A stretch of 64,000 nt of DNA from the human T2T-CHM13v2.0 reference genome, Homo sapiens. The position numbers and the translations under genes are program-made. Below the pieces are notes generated by a model, which was given only the letters and a program-made list of their open reading frames with translations, had not been told where the DNA came from and did not search any database. The DNA is taken from NCBI RefSeq assembly GCF_009914755.1, contig NC_060932.1; one strand, written 5' to 3'. Positions 1 through 13,154 of this stretch are shown one piece after another (the first letter of the stretch is position 1; each line of letters begins with the position of its first letter).

Positions 1-607
1 TCATGGGTCCCCAGTGTATACATCTCCAGGCAGCTCACAAAAGAGCTCCATTTGGGAAGGGGTGAGCATTTAGACACCTGTCCCACCCATAGCACGTCCA
101 TGCTGGATGGCAACTAGAGTCAAAGAGGACATTTTACGCCCCTTATCTCTCCTCCCAGTAGTCTCCCTCCATCTTCCCATCCAGGTCTGGAGGATCCAGC
201 AGCCTCCAGGGTAGAGGAGGAAGAGAGGAGAGATAGTGACAGAGCTGGCACTGCTCTTTCTGCAGAACTGGTGTCTCAGCCGAGGACAGGTGGATATTTG
301 GGAAGAGATGTTTTAAATAGGATGAGGCTTTCAGGTTTTGATGTTGGACTGGACTGGACATTTTAAAAGCTACAACATGAAATGATTTGTTAGTACCTAA
401 GGACTGTCTGAGAGTCAGAGTCCTTTCCTCCCCCAAAACCAAGGAGTGAGTCAACCCCACAGGGACGAAAGGCAGAGGTGGGAAGAACAAAGCTGCCTTC
501 TACATGTGCCCTGCTGCGGCTGGCTCTCTTGGCCACAGTTACACCCTCTTAGCGGGCACCTCTGATGCCACCCGCCGGGCTGGACATTCATCTGCAGCAG
601 TTCACTT

Positions 608-760
608 GATCTTCACACAACCTTGCAAGAACAGTCTAACAATCCAAATCTTCACATAATGGAGGAGGACAAAAGCCCAGAAAGGTTAAGTAACTTTCCC
701 AAAGAGACACAGCAAGGAAGTGGTAAAGCTGAGTCTTGAAGACAGGAATGACTCCCATGC
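608..760 (-). mobile_element. MIR SINE fragment
   Basis: Antisense MIR core: 'cccagaaaggttaagtaactttcccaaagagacacagc...gctgagtcttgaa'. Confidence 0.75.
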
Positions 761-1139
761 TCTGTTGTACACACAGTGAGGAGGCAGAGGAGCAGTGAGC
801 ACCCAGGGAAAAGCCACCCCTTCCCCCAGGCTCAAAAGATAACTTAGTTTTGACACAGGACATCAGAACAAAAAATGATTCCAAAGTGTTGAGCCAGAGA
901 CTAGTCCCTAAACTCTTGGAGCAAATGGAGAAAAGAAGCCACAGGGAAGCAAATACAGAATTGTCAGGGGAGAACTCAGTGGGTGGGGGCAGGGTCCATC
1001 CTGCAGCAATTGCCTTGGAGACTTTTTCCATCTCCAGGGCTGGGACGGGGGAGGAGCCAGCATTTGAGGTTTGAGGGGCCCTCACATAGGTCCAGCTCCC
1101 TGTTTATTTACCATTCCTCTGGGAGGTCAAATTGTACCA

Positions 1140-1265
1140 TTCCATTTTGGTAGAAGAGAAAAGGGGACCTTAGGAAGGATGGAAAGCACACCCAAGGTGA
1201 CACAGGTATTGAGAAACACAGCCCAGATTTGAACTCTGGTCTGTCTGGCTCCAAAGCTGGTGCCC
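1140..1265 (-). mobile_element. MIR SINE fragment
   Basis: 'cccaaggtgacacag...gatttgaactctggtctgtctggctccaaagc'. Confidence 0.7.
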
Positions 1266-2249
1266 CACCATTCAGGGGGAGGAAAGAGGGCCTTGTGGCT
1301 AGCTCAAACTGCCCCACTATCAGTGACTTTAACAGCAGGGTTGCTTCAGCAAAATAGTGACTCAGAAGATGGGAGAGAGATGGGCAGGCCCCGTAGACCA
1401 GCCTGACTCCTGGGAGCTCTGCCCTCCTCCTTTTGTCTTCTAACCTGGGAGGTTAAGTAACCTAAGGTCACAGGGCAATGAAGAGGCCAAGCTGCAATGG
1501 GAGGGTCTCTGACTGACTTTTATTCACCAGTAAAGTGAGAATGATAACCCCCTCTCCCTTAAGATTAAATCAAATGTGGAAGCAGAAGTGAGCTATGCCT
1601 TAGAATGGTGGAGTGAGATGGATGCAGAGATTTGGATGTGTTTGGAAGGAGGGTGGGGGCCCTTGGCCTTGAGGTCTGCAGGGTCTCTGCTCAGAGGAGA
1701 GACAGCAGCACCTCCTCCCCTGGAGTCCTTTTCTCTTCAACGCAGTGAGCTTGGCTTGGCAGGGGATGGGGGAGAGCAATTTCCAGGGATTTTCTAGCAC
1801 TTCACTGAAGTGCTTTTAGGCAAAGCAGCAGCTGTTCACACTGATACTGTAAGCATTGGAGAACCCAAGTGTCAAAGCCCGAGAGAGCAGAGACAGAAGA
1901 AAAACTGCTGGAGAAAGATGCAGCTGAGCAATTCAGTCATTTCAGAGCCACTGAGTCAAGCACTGCAGTTTGAGGTGGCTGGAAAGTGAGGCTTCAGGGG
2001 GCACAGGCAGGGTGGGGTGCAGGGAGAAGTTACCTGACTTGGGGAACTGCAGCTGTCAACGCACATGTGTTGTGAGCTAAGCCCTGGAGGATAGGAGATG
2101 GAAAGGATGCGAGCGTAGCCCTTGAAGAGCCCTTAGATGAGTTAGGGAGTCAGAAAAATGAACAGAACATTACAATACAGAGTAATAAGTAGGGGAACAC
2201 AGGGAGTGCGGGTGCTCAGGGGAAGTGCAATTAAAATAGAAGAATGCAA

Positions 2250-2427
2250 ATAGTCCTCAGCCCGGGCTGCATATTAAAATCACCCGGGGAGATTTAAAAA
2301 GATACTGTTGTCCAGGTCCCGTCCCAGACAATTAATTCAGTATCTCTGGTGGTGGGACCTGAGTGTCAGTGCTTTTTTTTTTTAAGCTCCCCACAAGATT
2401 TTCTTTTGCAGCAAAGATTGAGAGGAC
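2250..2427. mobile_element. MER5A-like hAT-Charlie DNA transposon fossil, inserted in an antisense L2 (about 2060-2720)
   Basis: 'ggctgcatattaaaatcacccggggagattt...aattcagtatctctgg...aagctccccacaagatt...gattgaga' resembles MER5A. Confidence 0.7.
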
Positions 2428-2640
2428 AATATTGGGCTGAGGGATGTGGGAATGATTCTTACAAAAGGCAGAGCTTTGGCTGGTCTTTGGCAGAGAGGAG
2501 GAGGAAGATGAGGCTATCTATGTGAAGGGCTTTCTTGGAGGAAGGGTCAGAGGAGTGCAGGACCTGCCAGAGGAAAGGCCAGCAGCTCTGAGTGACCAAG
2601 GGCAGACTCTGGCGTGAGGCGTGGTCAGAGGAAGGGGTAA

Positions 2641-3033
<393 letters not shown>

Positions 3034-3074
3034 TTGCATTTTAAGCTAGGGATGACATCATTAGGCTTGTGATA

Positions 3075-3870
3075 ATTTTTTTCAACTTCTATTATGGATT
3101 CGGAGGTACATATGCAGGTTTGTTGCATGGGTATATTGTGTGATGCTGAAGTTTGGGGTGCAGTTGAACCTGTCATCCAGAAAGTGAGCATAGTACTCAA
3201 TAGGTAGATTTTCAGCCCTTGCCCTTTCTCTCCCTTTCTGCTTTTGGAGTCTGCATTGTCTGTAGTTCCCACCTTTATGCCCATATGTACTTATTGTTAA
3301 GTTCCCACTTAAAATATGGGGTATTTTGGTTTTCTTTTTCTACATTAGTTTCCTTAGGATAATGGCCTCCAGCTGCATCCATGTTGCTGCAAAGAACGTG
3401 ATTTCATTCTTTTTATGGTTGCATACTACTCCACAGTGTATATGTACCACATTTTCTTTATATAATCCACTGTTGATGGGCACCTAGGTTTGTTCCATGT
3501 CTTTGCTATCGTGAATAGTGCTGTGATGAACATATGAGTGTATGTGTGTTTTTGGAAGAATGATTTATTTTCCTTTTGGTAGATACCTAGTAATGAAATT
3601 ACTGGGTCAAATGGTAATTCCATTCTTAGTTCTTTAAGAAATCCCCAAACTGCTCTCCACAGTGGCTGAACTAATTTTCATTCCCATCAATAGTGTAATA
3701 AGTGTTCTCTTTTCTTCGCAGCCCTGCCAACATGCTGCTTTTTGACTTTAATAATAGCCAGTCTGACTGCTATGAGATAGTATCTCATTGTGGTTTTGAT
3801 TTGCATTTCTCTAATGATCAGTGGTAATGAGCATGTTTTCCATATGCTTTTTGGCTGCTTGTATGCATCA
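3075..3870 (-). mobile_element. L1 3' end (L1PB/late L1PA-like), 5'-truncated
   Basis: Antisense L1 3'UTR 'gtacatatgcaggtttgttgcatgggtatattgtg'; ORF2p C-terminal remnant in ORF 3426..3623 (LPFDP...MFITALFTIAKTWNKPRCPS...MWYIYTVE). Confidence 0.92.
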
Positions 3871-4135
3871 ACTGCATCTCTGATCCACGTGGTCTTCCTT
3901 CTGTCACTGGAGCTGAAGGTGAAGCCCTGTCTTAGGCTTGTGGCAGAGAGAAATAATAGTATTATGCAATGGCCCTTGAATGGCTTCTGTTTAGAAGTGG
4001 CACATGTCACCTCCACTCATACACCATTGGCCAAAAAAAAGTCACATGGCCAAGCCTGGCATTAATGTGACAGGAAGTGTAATTTTATCTCAGAGAGGTG
4101 CAGCAAATATTTGGAACAAAGAAACAATCTACTAG
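3870..4135 (-). mobile_element. Old MaLR LTR fragment (MLT1J/K/L-like)
   Basis: 'gaagtggcacatgtcacctccactcatacaccattggcc...gtcacatggccaagcct'. Confidence 0.65.
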
Positions 4136-4299
4136 GAGGTGCAGGAGAGACAGGGAAGACTCTATATGGACCACAAGCTTTGTGAACTCAGTGGCTGATG
4201 ATGCTATACCTCTCTACTGGACTCAGCTCCCGCAAGGGTTAAGACAATTTCTCTTTGCATCCATGGTACTATGAACAGCAGAAGCTCTCCATGTTGCAT

Positions 4300-4630
4300 A
4301 GGGCAGCTCTGCTTCAGCCTGCGGTGGCCGGAAAGCTCTGCCTCATGGGTCTCCCATCTTGCCCCAGGACCAGCAGGCTAGCTGGTGCATGCCCCTCTCA
4401 TGGCAAATGGTAAAACTACAAGAAGGCAAGCAGCAACATGTGAGGCCTCTTAGGGCTTAGGCTCAAGACTGTGGTTTTGTCACGTTTGCAACTGACCAAA
4501 TCAAGTTATATGGTGAAGCCCAAAGTCAAGAGGCGGGGAGTACAGTTTTGCCACAATGAGGCCATGCAAGATGAGGCTGTGTGTGTCATGCTGATGGTGA
4601 AAACTAGGGCCGAAGATTCAGTGTCCTCCG
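4300..4630 (-). mobile_element. Old MaLR LTR fragment (MLT1I/J-like)
   Basis: 'gaggcctcttagggcttaggctcaagactg...gaccaaatcaagttatatggtgaagcccaaagtcaagagg'. Confidence 0.6.
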
Positions 4631-5782
4631 AGTTCTAATATATCTTCCAGACAATAGGTCTTTAAATGTGGAAACATAGTTCCATCCACGCTTAGCTTCT
4701 TTGTTCCCTTCAGTCATTTCTTATCACAAAGGTAGCTTGGAGCTCTGGGTGAGGAAATGGAAGTTCCAGGAGAATAAAATAGGTCTCTTACATCCCACAG
4801 GGTTATAGGAAGAACCAAGTGAGGAGATTGTTATATAAGTATTTGGTAAATTATGTTGGTCTATGCACATGTTATAGTTTCTCATGGCATGGAATATAGT
4901 ATTTTATCATGTATTTTATTAGTATCATATCATTGCATATAGTATTCATGTATTTTATCAGTATCATATCAGAGCACCCTCTGGTCATATGATCCTACAT
5001 CTTCACACCTTTCTGGACCTAATATCCAGATGTGACCTCATCTGTGTGGCATTACCCCTCTTGTTATGAATACAATACGCCCAGAAATTATATTCCATTA
5101 TGTACATTCATGTCCCACTTCTAGCAGTGTGGTGCTGCCGAGAAATGCAGACATGCTGGAGGAAATGAGCAGGATGAACAAGAGGCCCAGGCGGTGCCAC
5201 CAAAAGTGAGAGGAGGAAAGAACTAGGCGAACAGTAAAGGAATGGGTGGTACAGAGCCACAGGCCTGAAATGAAAATCAAAGCCCAGTCTTGCCCAGATG
5301 CAGATAGAGGCATTGTCCTAAATAGGAATGGCACTGAACACTCTAGAGACTGAGGTACTATGCTTTGCAAATTTCAATGTGTTTCACATATATGGCCTTA
5401 CTGATTAGTAAGTTACCAGGAATTATAGTCAGAAAGGATCAGAACATTTTTCAATGGAAGGTAGGCAAGTTTGGGACCCAGGCCGGCAGCATGAGGGATG
5501 CTTTACAGGGTACCTCTGTCTTAGGCCAGAGGTTATACTGAAGGCCCCTTAAAGTCCCTCTTGATTGGAGTTCACTGATTATGTTCGCTTCTGGCACATT
5601 ATCTAGAAGCCCCATAATGTTCTCCAAAGGCAGAACTGTGTTATTAGTCAAAACTGTGATATTAGGAAAAGCTTCAGGAAACTTGGGCTGTAGTCCCAAC
5701 TCTGCCCATCATTTTCTGTGTGACACTGAGCAAATAGTTTAATCTCTCAGATTCATCTTTATGACCTCTAGCATGAAGGGAC

Positions 5783-6209
5783 TATGAGAGACATGGAGGG
5801 GTGCCATGCAGATCCTCCTTCAAGGCAAGACTAGCTGCTCAGGACCGGAGCGTGATCAGAAGTTGGCCAGATTACAGTAAGAAGACAGCCTCCAGCTGTC
5901 AGCTCGTTCAGGATCAGCTTCATTCTAAGTCACATCCTCCAGCAGGGGCAGCCACATCTTGTGAGTAATTGAGGCATGATATTAAGTCCTGGTCACTTGG
6001 GCCTGACACTGGACAACTCTAATGGGCAGCTTGTTCCAGAGTTCCGTGCTGGCTTGGCTGAGGCTTTGTCAAGCTTGTCTTGCAGTTCACCTTCTCCTTT
6101 TGCCTAGTCTTGCTTCCTCCCTTTCCTTTCACAGCGCACATTCCCACTAAATATCTCACACCCCAATCTCTATCTCAGCATTTGCTTCTGCAATACTGAA
6201 TCTGTGACA
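5783..6209 (+). mobile_element. ERVL-class LTR (LTR16/LTR33-type), 5' LTR of relic provirus 1
   Basis: Starts 'tatgagagacatggag...cagatcctccttcaag', ends 'ctcagcatttgcttctg...tgtgaca'; similar to the LTR at 8168. Confidence 0.75.
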
Positions 6210-6297
6210 GAAGCTAAGATGGGGTTTTGGAGCTGGGTCATTCACTTCCCAGCTGACCGTGTCAACCCCATTGCTGGCAGTGGCAGAGCGCAGACAG

Positions 6298-6801
6298 TAT
6301 ATCCACTTCCCATCACTGTTGTCACAAACTGCAGCTTGAAACAACACAGCCTTGCTATCTCACTGTTTCTGTAGGTCAGAAGTGCAGTGTGGGTCTCTGG
6401 ACCTTGGGCTAAACCAAGGCATCAGCAGGTTACCTTCCTTTCTAGAGATTTTAGGGAGAATCTGTTTCCTTTCCATACAGGTTGTTGGCAAAATTCGGTT
6501 CCTTGCAGTTGTCGGACCAAGGTTCCCCTTTTCCTATAGGTTGTAAACTGAGGGCTGTTCTTGGCTTATAGAAGCCCCCAAATTTTTATTTTGCCCGTAA
6601 CCCTCTTCTCCCATCTTCAAAGCCAGCAGCAGCAGTTGGAGTCCTTCTCACACAAGAAAATCTCTCCAGCCTCTTCTTTCACCTCTGCATGCCTCTGACT
6701 CTCTTGCTTCCTTTTCCACATGTAAGGACTCATGTGATTCAATTGGTTACTGGGATAACCCAGGACGGTCTTTGCATCTCAAGGTCCTAACCTTAATTAC
6801 A
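6298..6801 (-). mobile_element. MLT1E-like MaLR LTR, truncated, nested in ERVL internal region
   Basis: 'tcactgtttctgtaggtcagaagt', 'caggttgttggcaaaattcggttccttgcagttgt', 'taaggactcatgtgatt...aaccttaattaca'. Confidence 0.8.
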
Positions 6802-8167
6802 GATGGTGGGGGTATCAGTGATGGGAACAGAGACACCATGTAGCATTTATGGCAAGCTCCAAAGGGAGAATCAGCACAGCCTGGAAATGGGGAGAAAGGC
6901 CAGGCCATCCCCAGCAGGGAATGCTTCACTTTATGAAAACAATGCCTGTCATGCTTCTGGGCCCTGTGAGAGATAAATCATCTCCCCATGAGACATCAAG
7001 CTGCCAAATAACCAGAACTGGGTATCACGAGCCAGGTCCTAGGCGACTCACTGAGTTATAGCATTGGGCACACCCAGTTTTACTCTGCAGTGAGTTAGAA
7101 TTGGTCCATCTGGGACCGAGCCTGAGTAGAGGCAGAAGGACAGGTAAGGAACATGAGTGGGTCATGCAGAAACCCACAGCCCTGTCATTGTGCCATCAGC
7201 ACCCCCCACTCAGCCCATGCCTCTGGCTGTTTGGGACAGTGCCCTATAACCAGTTGAAGGAAGAGGAAAAAGCCTGAGATTGGTTTTGGTATCAGTTGTG
7301 ACTCCTTAGATCACCTCCTTAGATGTGACTGCAAACTGGAATTGATAGCCTCACTCAGGGGTGGCCTTGAAAGACAGTGGTGAGAGAAAATTATCCCAAA
7401 GGGCTGAAGTTCAGGTACAGCCTCTGGTCATCTACATTGCATGGGAGGAGAAGAGGCCTGAGGCTATGTATTAGTCCGTTTTCATGCTGCTGATAAAAAT
7501 ATACCCAGGACTGGTGATTTATAAAAAGAGGTTTAATGAACTCACAGTTCCACATGGCTAGGGAGGCCTCACAATCATGGCGGAAGGTGAAAGTCACATC
7601 TTACACGGTGGCAGACAAGAATGAGAGCCAAGCAAAAGGGGAAACCCCTTATAAAACCGTCAGATCTCATGAGACTTATTCACTACCATGAGAACAGTAT
7701 GGGGGCATCTGCCCCCATGATTCAATTATCTCCCACCTGGTCCCTCCCACAACACATGGGAATTACTGGAGCTACAATTCCAGATAAGATTTGGGTGGGG
7801 ACAGAGCCAAACCATATCAGATTAGATGTATAGAGATTTATGGGCAATGGCAAATGGCCTGGGTGGTGGTCTGGAAGGAGAGCAATTAGAAAACCAGAGC
7901 AACAGAGTCTCAGGGGGAGGCAGGCAGGCGGGTGGGTAGAGGGAGTGGGCTCAATCGTTGAAGATCTTTGTCTTACAGTCTAATGCCCATCAGAGAGCAC
8001 ACATCATCAAACAACAAGGAGACGCAATGATCCCCCCATTTGACAGTGGCCTGTATCTGTCATTGTCACCCCAGCCTGGGAGGATGGGGATATGAATAGA
8101 GTGGCTGTAGTGCCTGAGAAGAATGCTCCACATGGAGAAGTGGACCTGAGAGGTGCAAGGAGGGGCC
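6802..8167 (+). mobile_element. Decayed ERVL internal sequence (pol connection/RNase H region), interrupted by a THE1 LTR
   Basis: Resembles HERV-L pol: 'ccctataaccagttgaaggaagaggaaaaagcc', 'gaaagacagtggtgagagaaaattatcccaaagggctgaagttc', 'gaagatctttgtcttacagtctaatgcccatcag'; no open frame. Confidence 0.75.
7467..7819 (-). mobile_element. THE1B-like MaLR solo LTR
   Basis: Complete antisense LTR from 'tgtattagtccgttttcatgctgctgataaa' to 'gagccaaaccatatca'. Confidence 0.93.
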
Positions 8168-8575
8168 TGGGGCAGACATGGAGATGACCCCAGATACTCC
8201 TTCAAGAGAGGATTCGATGCCCAGCTGGGGCAGTGAGGCCAGCAGGCAGCCTCCAGCCATCAGTCCCTCCAGGATCTGTCTCAACTGCAGAGAGCTGCCT
8301 CACCCAAGGTCTTGCCCTTCCTTGGGAGCCCGCATCTGTGGCTGCGTGAGGCAGGGATATAATGGTCTGGCCAGTTTGGCTAGATGCAGGGTGTTTCTGG
8401 TGAGCCATACTCTAGAACTGCCCCCATGATTGGCAAGACTTTGACCAGCTGGCATCGCAGCTTGGCTCCTCCTTCTGCCTAATCCTGCTTCTTCTGTCTC
8501 CTGTCTCAAGTGATGATTCCTGTTATGTAGCCTACATCACAAACCCCGTTTCTTGAGAAACCGTTATTGAGATGC
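8168..8575 (+). mobile_element. ERVL-class LTR (LTR16/LTR33-type), 3' LTR of relic provirus 1
   Basis: Preceded by purine tract 'aaggagggg'; 'cagacatggag...cagatactccttcaag' matches the LTR at 5783; also 'gagagctgcctcacccaaggtc'. Confidence 0.75.
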
Positions 8576-9159
8576 ATGAATAGATAGATGTGGCTATGGG
8601 CAGATAGAGATAGAACTGAAGTGATAAAAGGTAAGTGGAAAAAATGTTTTTCAATACCCCAAACTTTCCCCTTTTCAAGGGTACTTGCCAACCAGGGATC
8701 TGATCCTCTGCAGGCATCTGAGCCTGTGGCTAGAGTCACCCAACTCACTTGGCTCTGGACCCAAACATGCTAAAAAGATGACTTCCTCTGACTCCAAGCA
8801 AGTGGGAGCTTCTTTTGTGAGCATCCATGAAGAAGTCAGGCAGCTTTTCTTTTTCCAGACCCTGTCTTCCAGAGGGTGTCATCCACTGTACTCTGAGGAC
8901 CTCCAGGGCAGCAGGGAAGCCGTTGAGCTCATTTAATAGATGAAAAAACTCTAGTTTCTTGTGCAGAGGCTTCAGTGACTTTTATATTTGGGAACCTTCT
9001 TGAGGGCTGTCTGGTCAGGTCCTTCATGAGCACCACTCCTGGGCAGCCCCTGTTTATTAAACCTTTTCCCTTTGGAAAGATTTTCATTCTGGCACAAGTG
9101 AGTTGGTCATGGAATAGCTGGGACATAGAGAAATAAACATGAGCAGCGAGTTTACCAGA

Positions 9160-9320
9160 TCTGGGCTGAGCTACAGCCCTTTCACTTACTATATAACTTT
9201 GGTCAGTCCCTTGACTTCTTTAACCTTCAGTTTTTTCTTTTCTGCAGTGGGGTTGCTAATAACCCCCACTCTGCAGAGTGGCTGTGAGGGCCGGATTCAA
9301 TGCTGACTGCATGGCCCTGT
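9160..9320 (+). mobile_element. MIR SINE
   Basis: 'aactttggtcagtcccttgacttctttaaccttcagtttt...gtggctgtgagg'. Confidence 0.65.
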
Positions 9321-9339
9321 GCTGGGAGCTTGGGCTGCC

Positions 9340-9750
9340 GTCCTATCCAGACAAACTGGGTGTCCTGCACACAGCTCCTTGTCTACCTCTTGCTTTAGCT
9401 TCAGTGGTGGTGGACAGTTCTGGGCTTTCAGACTTACCTTGTTTTGACAGCCTGCAAGTGCAGGACATTAACACCCCAGGGGTGAGGGTTCTGCCACCAA
9501 GGTACAAAAAATACTGGTGGGTTAAAACTCCCACCCCACCCCTCTCCTACAGAGGACAGCTCTGGAAAGCATCTGACACATCGAACTGAGCTCCTGTTTG
9601 CCACAACCACAGCCTTGAAATGCATCCGGATGTTGGCTTTTCATTTGTAGCTGATCCCACACTCCTCCTTTCCAGAATCACCTCCTGAGCAAACTACCTG
9701 CATTTGTGTCTTTGCCTTAGACTCTTTTTGTCTCAGCCATGTTAAGATGG
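9340..9750 (+). mobile_element. ERVL-class solo LTR (LTR16-type)
   Basis: 3' part 'aatcacctcctgagcaaactacctgcatttgtgtctttgccttagactct' resembles LTR16-family U5. Confidence 0.55.
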
Positions 9751-9769
9751 CCCCAGGCAACACCCAGAC

Positions 9770-10140
9770 ATTGCCCTTTGAGGAGCTCATGGCATGGTGG
9801 TGGGGTCAGATGAGTGTAGTGGTAAATCCAACACAGTGATACACAGCCAGTGATGGGCAAAGCAAAAAGGACTTTGGGCAAGTAAAGGAGAGGTGCCTGG
9901 ACCTATCTTGGGGTGTTATGGAAGACTTCCTGGAGGAAGTGGTGTTTAAGTTGAGACCTGGAAATTGGGAAGATTCTGGCCAAGTGAAGAGCATGTGTGT
10001 AGGTATAAGGTGATAGCAAAGGGTGGAAGGAATAAAGGCTATCCAGACAGAGGGCAGAGGGTACTCCAGGGAAGCCAAGAGACAGGGTGGCACTGACGGG
10101 GACTTGCAAAGAGTTACATGAGCTTGGACTCTACAGTGAG
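9770..10140 (-). mobile_element. L2 LINE fragment
   Basis: 'ggaagacttcctggaggaagtggtgtttaagttgagacctg', 'tccagacagagggcagag'. Confidence 0.75.
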
Positions 10141-11280
10141 AGGATACAAGTGGATCTGCTTGGGGACACTGCTGTAGAGGCTGGCAGTTGCTCTCACACA
10201 TGGCTTTTTTTGGGCCACTGCATCCTGAACACCATAGGACACTACTGAAGGGGTTATTACTATGAATTCCAGCTCTGTTAAAGATATGTGAATTTTAGGT
10301 GACTAACACAGGGCCTGCACAGACATTGCCTTAATAATGTAAAATTTATTTATCATTCATTCACCTTGAGGTCCTTTCCCCTGTTCCCTTTGCCTATAGT
10401 CCCTTATCCTCCCCTACAATTTTGCCTTCACTCTCAATCTAATTTTTCTGCTCTGTGGGAATATCCAACTGCTTCTAAGTTCTTAGTACACACACACAAA
10501 AAAATCATCTCACCCAAAGAGAGAGTCTGTAGATTCTGCCAGCTGGTCCCTGGCTCCTTCAAAGGCAGGTAGGGATTGGTGGAGGAAAGGAAGGTCTGTC
10601 TCCCGACAGGTGGATGACATTTTATGGGGATAATAGGACAACTTTTGTCAAGCAGCCATGATGGGTCCTAACAATGTTTGGGTGTGGATATTTGAGTGAG
10701 GCCCTGGGCATATGAGAAAATTCCCAGGGGGAGTTTCTTTCTTAACATGTGTGATGCGCTTCTGAGGCTGGAGCCAGGAAGAATAATAGCACTGAGAAGA
10801 GATCCACTGGCTTCCCTAAACTGCCAAGAGGCTAATGAAAAAACAAAGTTGAAGAACCCTGCCTTGAGCCACCTTTGGGTCCGTAATCCTGGCTCAGTGT
10901 CTGCCTTGGAGTGGGGATGTCATTTACAATTAACTGGCCGGAAAGGGAAGGGGTGCATGTATTTATTGATGACCTACCATGGCCAAGGTCTTTTGTTACT
11001 ATGAGAATAATGATGATGTGAATATTGTTAGTCCCATTGAACAGATAAGAACATTGAGGGCCAAAGTGAAATGTTGAATAAAGTGGCCAAAGACAAACTG
11101 GAAAATCACTAGATTTTCACCAGATTTTGGAAAATCTGGTGATTTTCCAGTTGCCAAGACAAGATTTGTGTTCAAGCTGGTCTGATAATCCCCTTCTCAA
11201 TATACCTTCCTCCCTTCTCTGGAAGGGTCAAATTAAGTCAAGACTTGACATTTTTCTATCCTGTCTTAAAAATAAATCAG

Positions 11281-11570
<290 letters not shown>

Positions 11571-11879
11571 CCAATCAGACCCCTGTGCTCATTTTTAGGT
11601 TTCCTTTCCTGTCTTGCTTTTTCTCAACCTTGACCCCAAGCAGCAAACAAAGACACAAAGCAGCCCTGGGAAGCTGGCACTGCAGCTGCATCCATGGATC
11701 CCAAGTGGCCCTAGATGCCCAAACTGAAATTATGCAATGACTTCTTGACCTCTGCATCCTTCGAATCAGCTGCATCCTTTGAATCTCAACCAAGTTAAAG
11801 CTTATTTTCAGAGAAGAGGAGGAAGAGGATTTCATAACCTTATAATGATCAAATACTTAAATAACCATTGCAATCACAT

Positions 11880-12117
11880 GACAGTTAAAAGTATGAAATC
11901 TAGAGTCAGCGTTCCTGCCTTCAAATGCTTGTTACTCCTCTCAATAGCTGTGTGACCTTGGGCAAGTTTCTTAACTGCTCTGTGCCTCAGTTTGGTTATC
12001 TGTTAAATGGGGATAATATAGTTCTTGACTTCTAGAGTTGTGAGAATTAATTAAAGGCATAAAGCACTAAGAATAGAACCTGGAATAGGGTTAAACACAG
12101 AATATATATTAGCTTAT
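11880..12117 (+). mobile_element. MIR SINE, near full length
   Basis: 'agctgtgtgaccttgggcaagtttcttaactgctctgtgcctcagtttggttatctgttaaatggggataata'. Confidence 0.9.
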
Positions 12118-12457
12118 TTTCTCCTCCTCCTCATCCTCCTCCCTCTCTTCCTCTTTCTGATCATCATCATTTCATCATCCTATCCCATACCTCTCTACTC
12201 CCTAGACAGAGGCATCTTATTGGAAAGGTACACTTATTCCAAGCTCCCAGGACTCCCTGGGCTTAATGTTTCTAGGCTCTTTTCACACTGAATTTCAGCT
12301 GTCTGCCTAGTTGTTTCCTCCTCTTTTGAAAAGTGTGCTCCTTGAGGACTGGAGATATTGTCTAAATTGGGGTTCTTATCCTGGATCTTTTGAATTCAGG
12401 GCTTTTATTAACTTGGATGGGAAACTTACATCTTTATTTTCATAACCACTTCTCTGT

Positions 12458-12743
12458 CAGTGGTTCTCAAATGCTCAGAATTACGTCAAAGGCTTCCTCA
12501 AACACACACTGGTGGGTCTCCACTGGGGTGAATAACCATCCTGGTTTGCCTGGGTCTAAGGTGTTCCTAGGATGTGGGATTTTCAGTGCTAAAATTTGGA
12601 GCATCCCAGGCTAATCAGGATGAGTTTGTCACCCTACTTCTAATCCCAGAGTCTCTGATTCAGTCTGAGGTGGGGTTCGAGAACATGGATTTGGAATGGT
12701 TTCTAGATGATACTGATGTTGGGATCACAGTCTGAGGACTCTG
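12458..12743. mobile_element. MER5-like DNA transposon, interrupted by MER81
   Basis: 'cagtggttctcaaa...' resumes at 'cccagagtctctgattcagtctgaggtgggg...tagatgatactgatg'. Confidence 0.7.
12524..12636. mobile_element. MER81-like (hAT-Blackjack) miniature DNA transposon
   Basis: 113 bp with inverted ends 'tggggtgaataaccatcctggtttgcctggg' / 'cccaggctaatcaggatgagtttgtcacccta'. Confidence 0.8.
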
Positions 12744-12771
12744 CCCCAAATTTTATACACTACTATTATAA

Positions 12772-13105
<334 letters not shown>

Positions 13106-13154
13106 TAGTAGTACCTGTGGCTTTACCACAACCAAAAATTGTATATATTTTCTT

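Noticed and set aside
3426-4016. ORFs resembling the L1 ORF2p C-terminus
   Set aside because: Broken fragments of a truncated L1, not an active or domesticated gene
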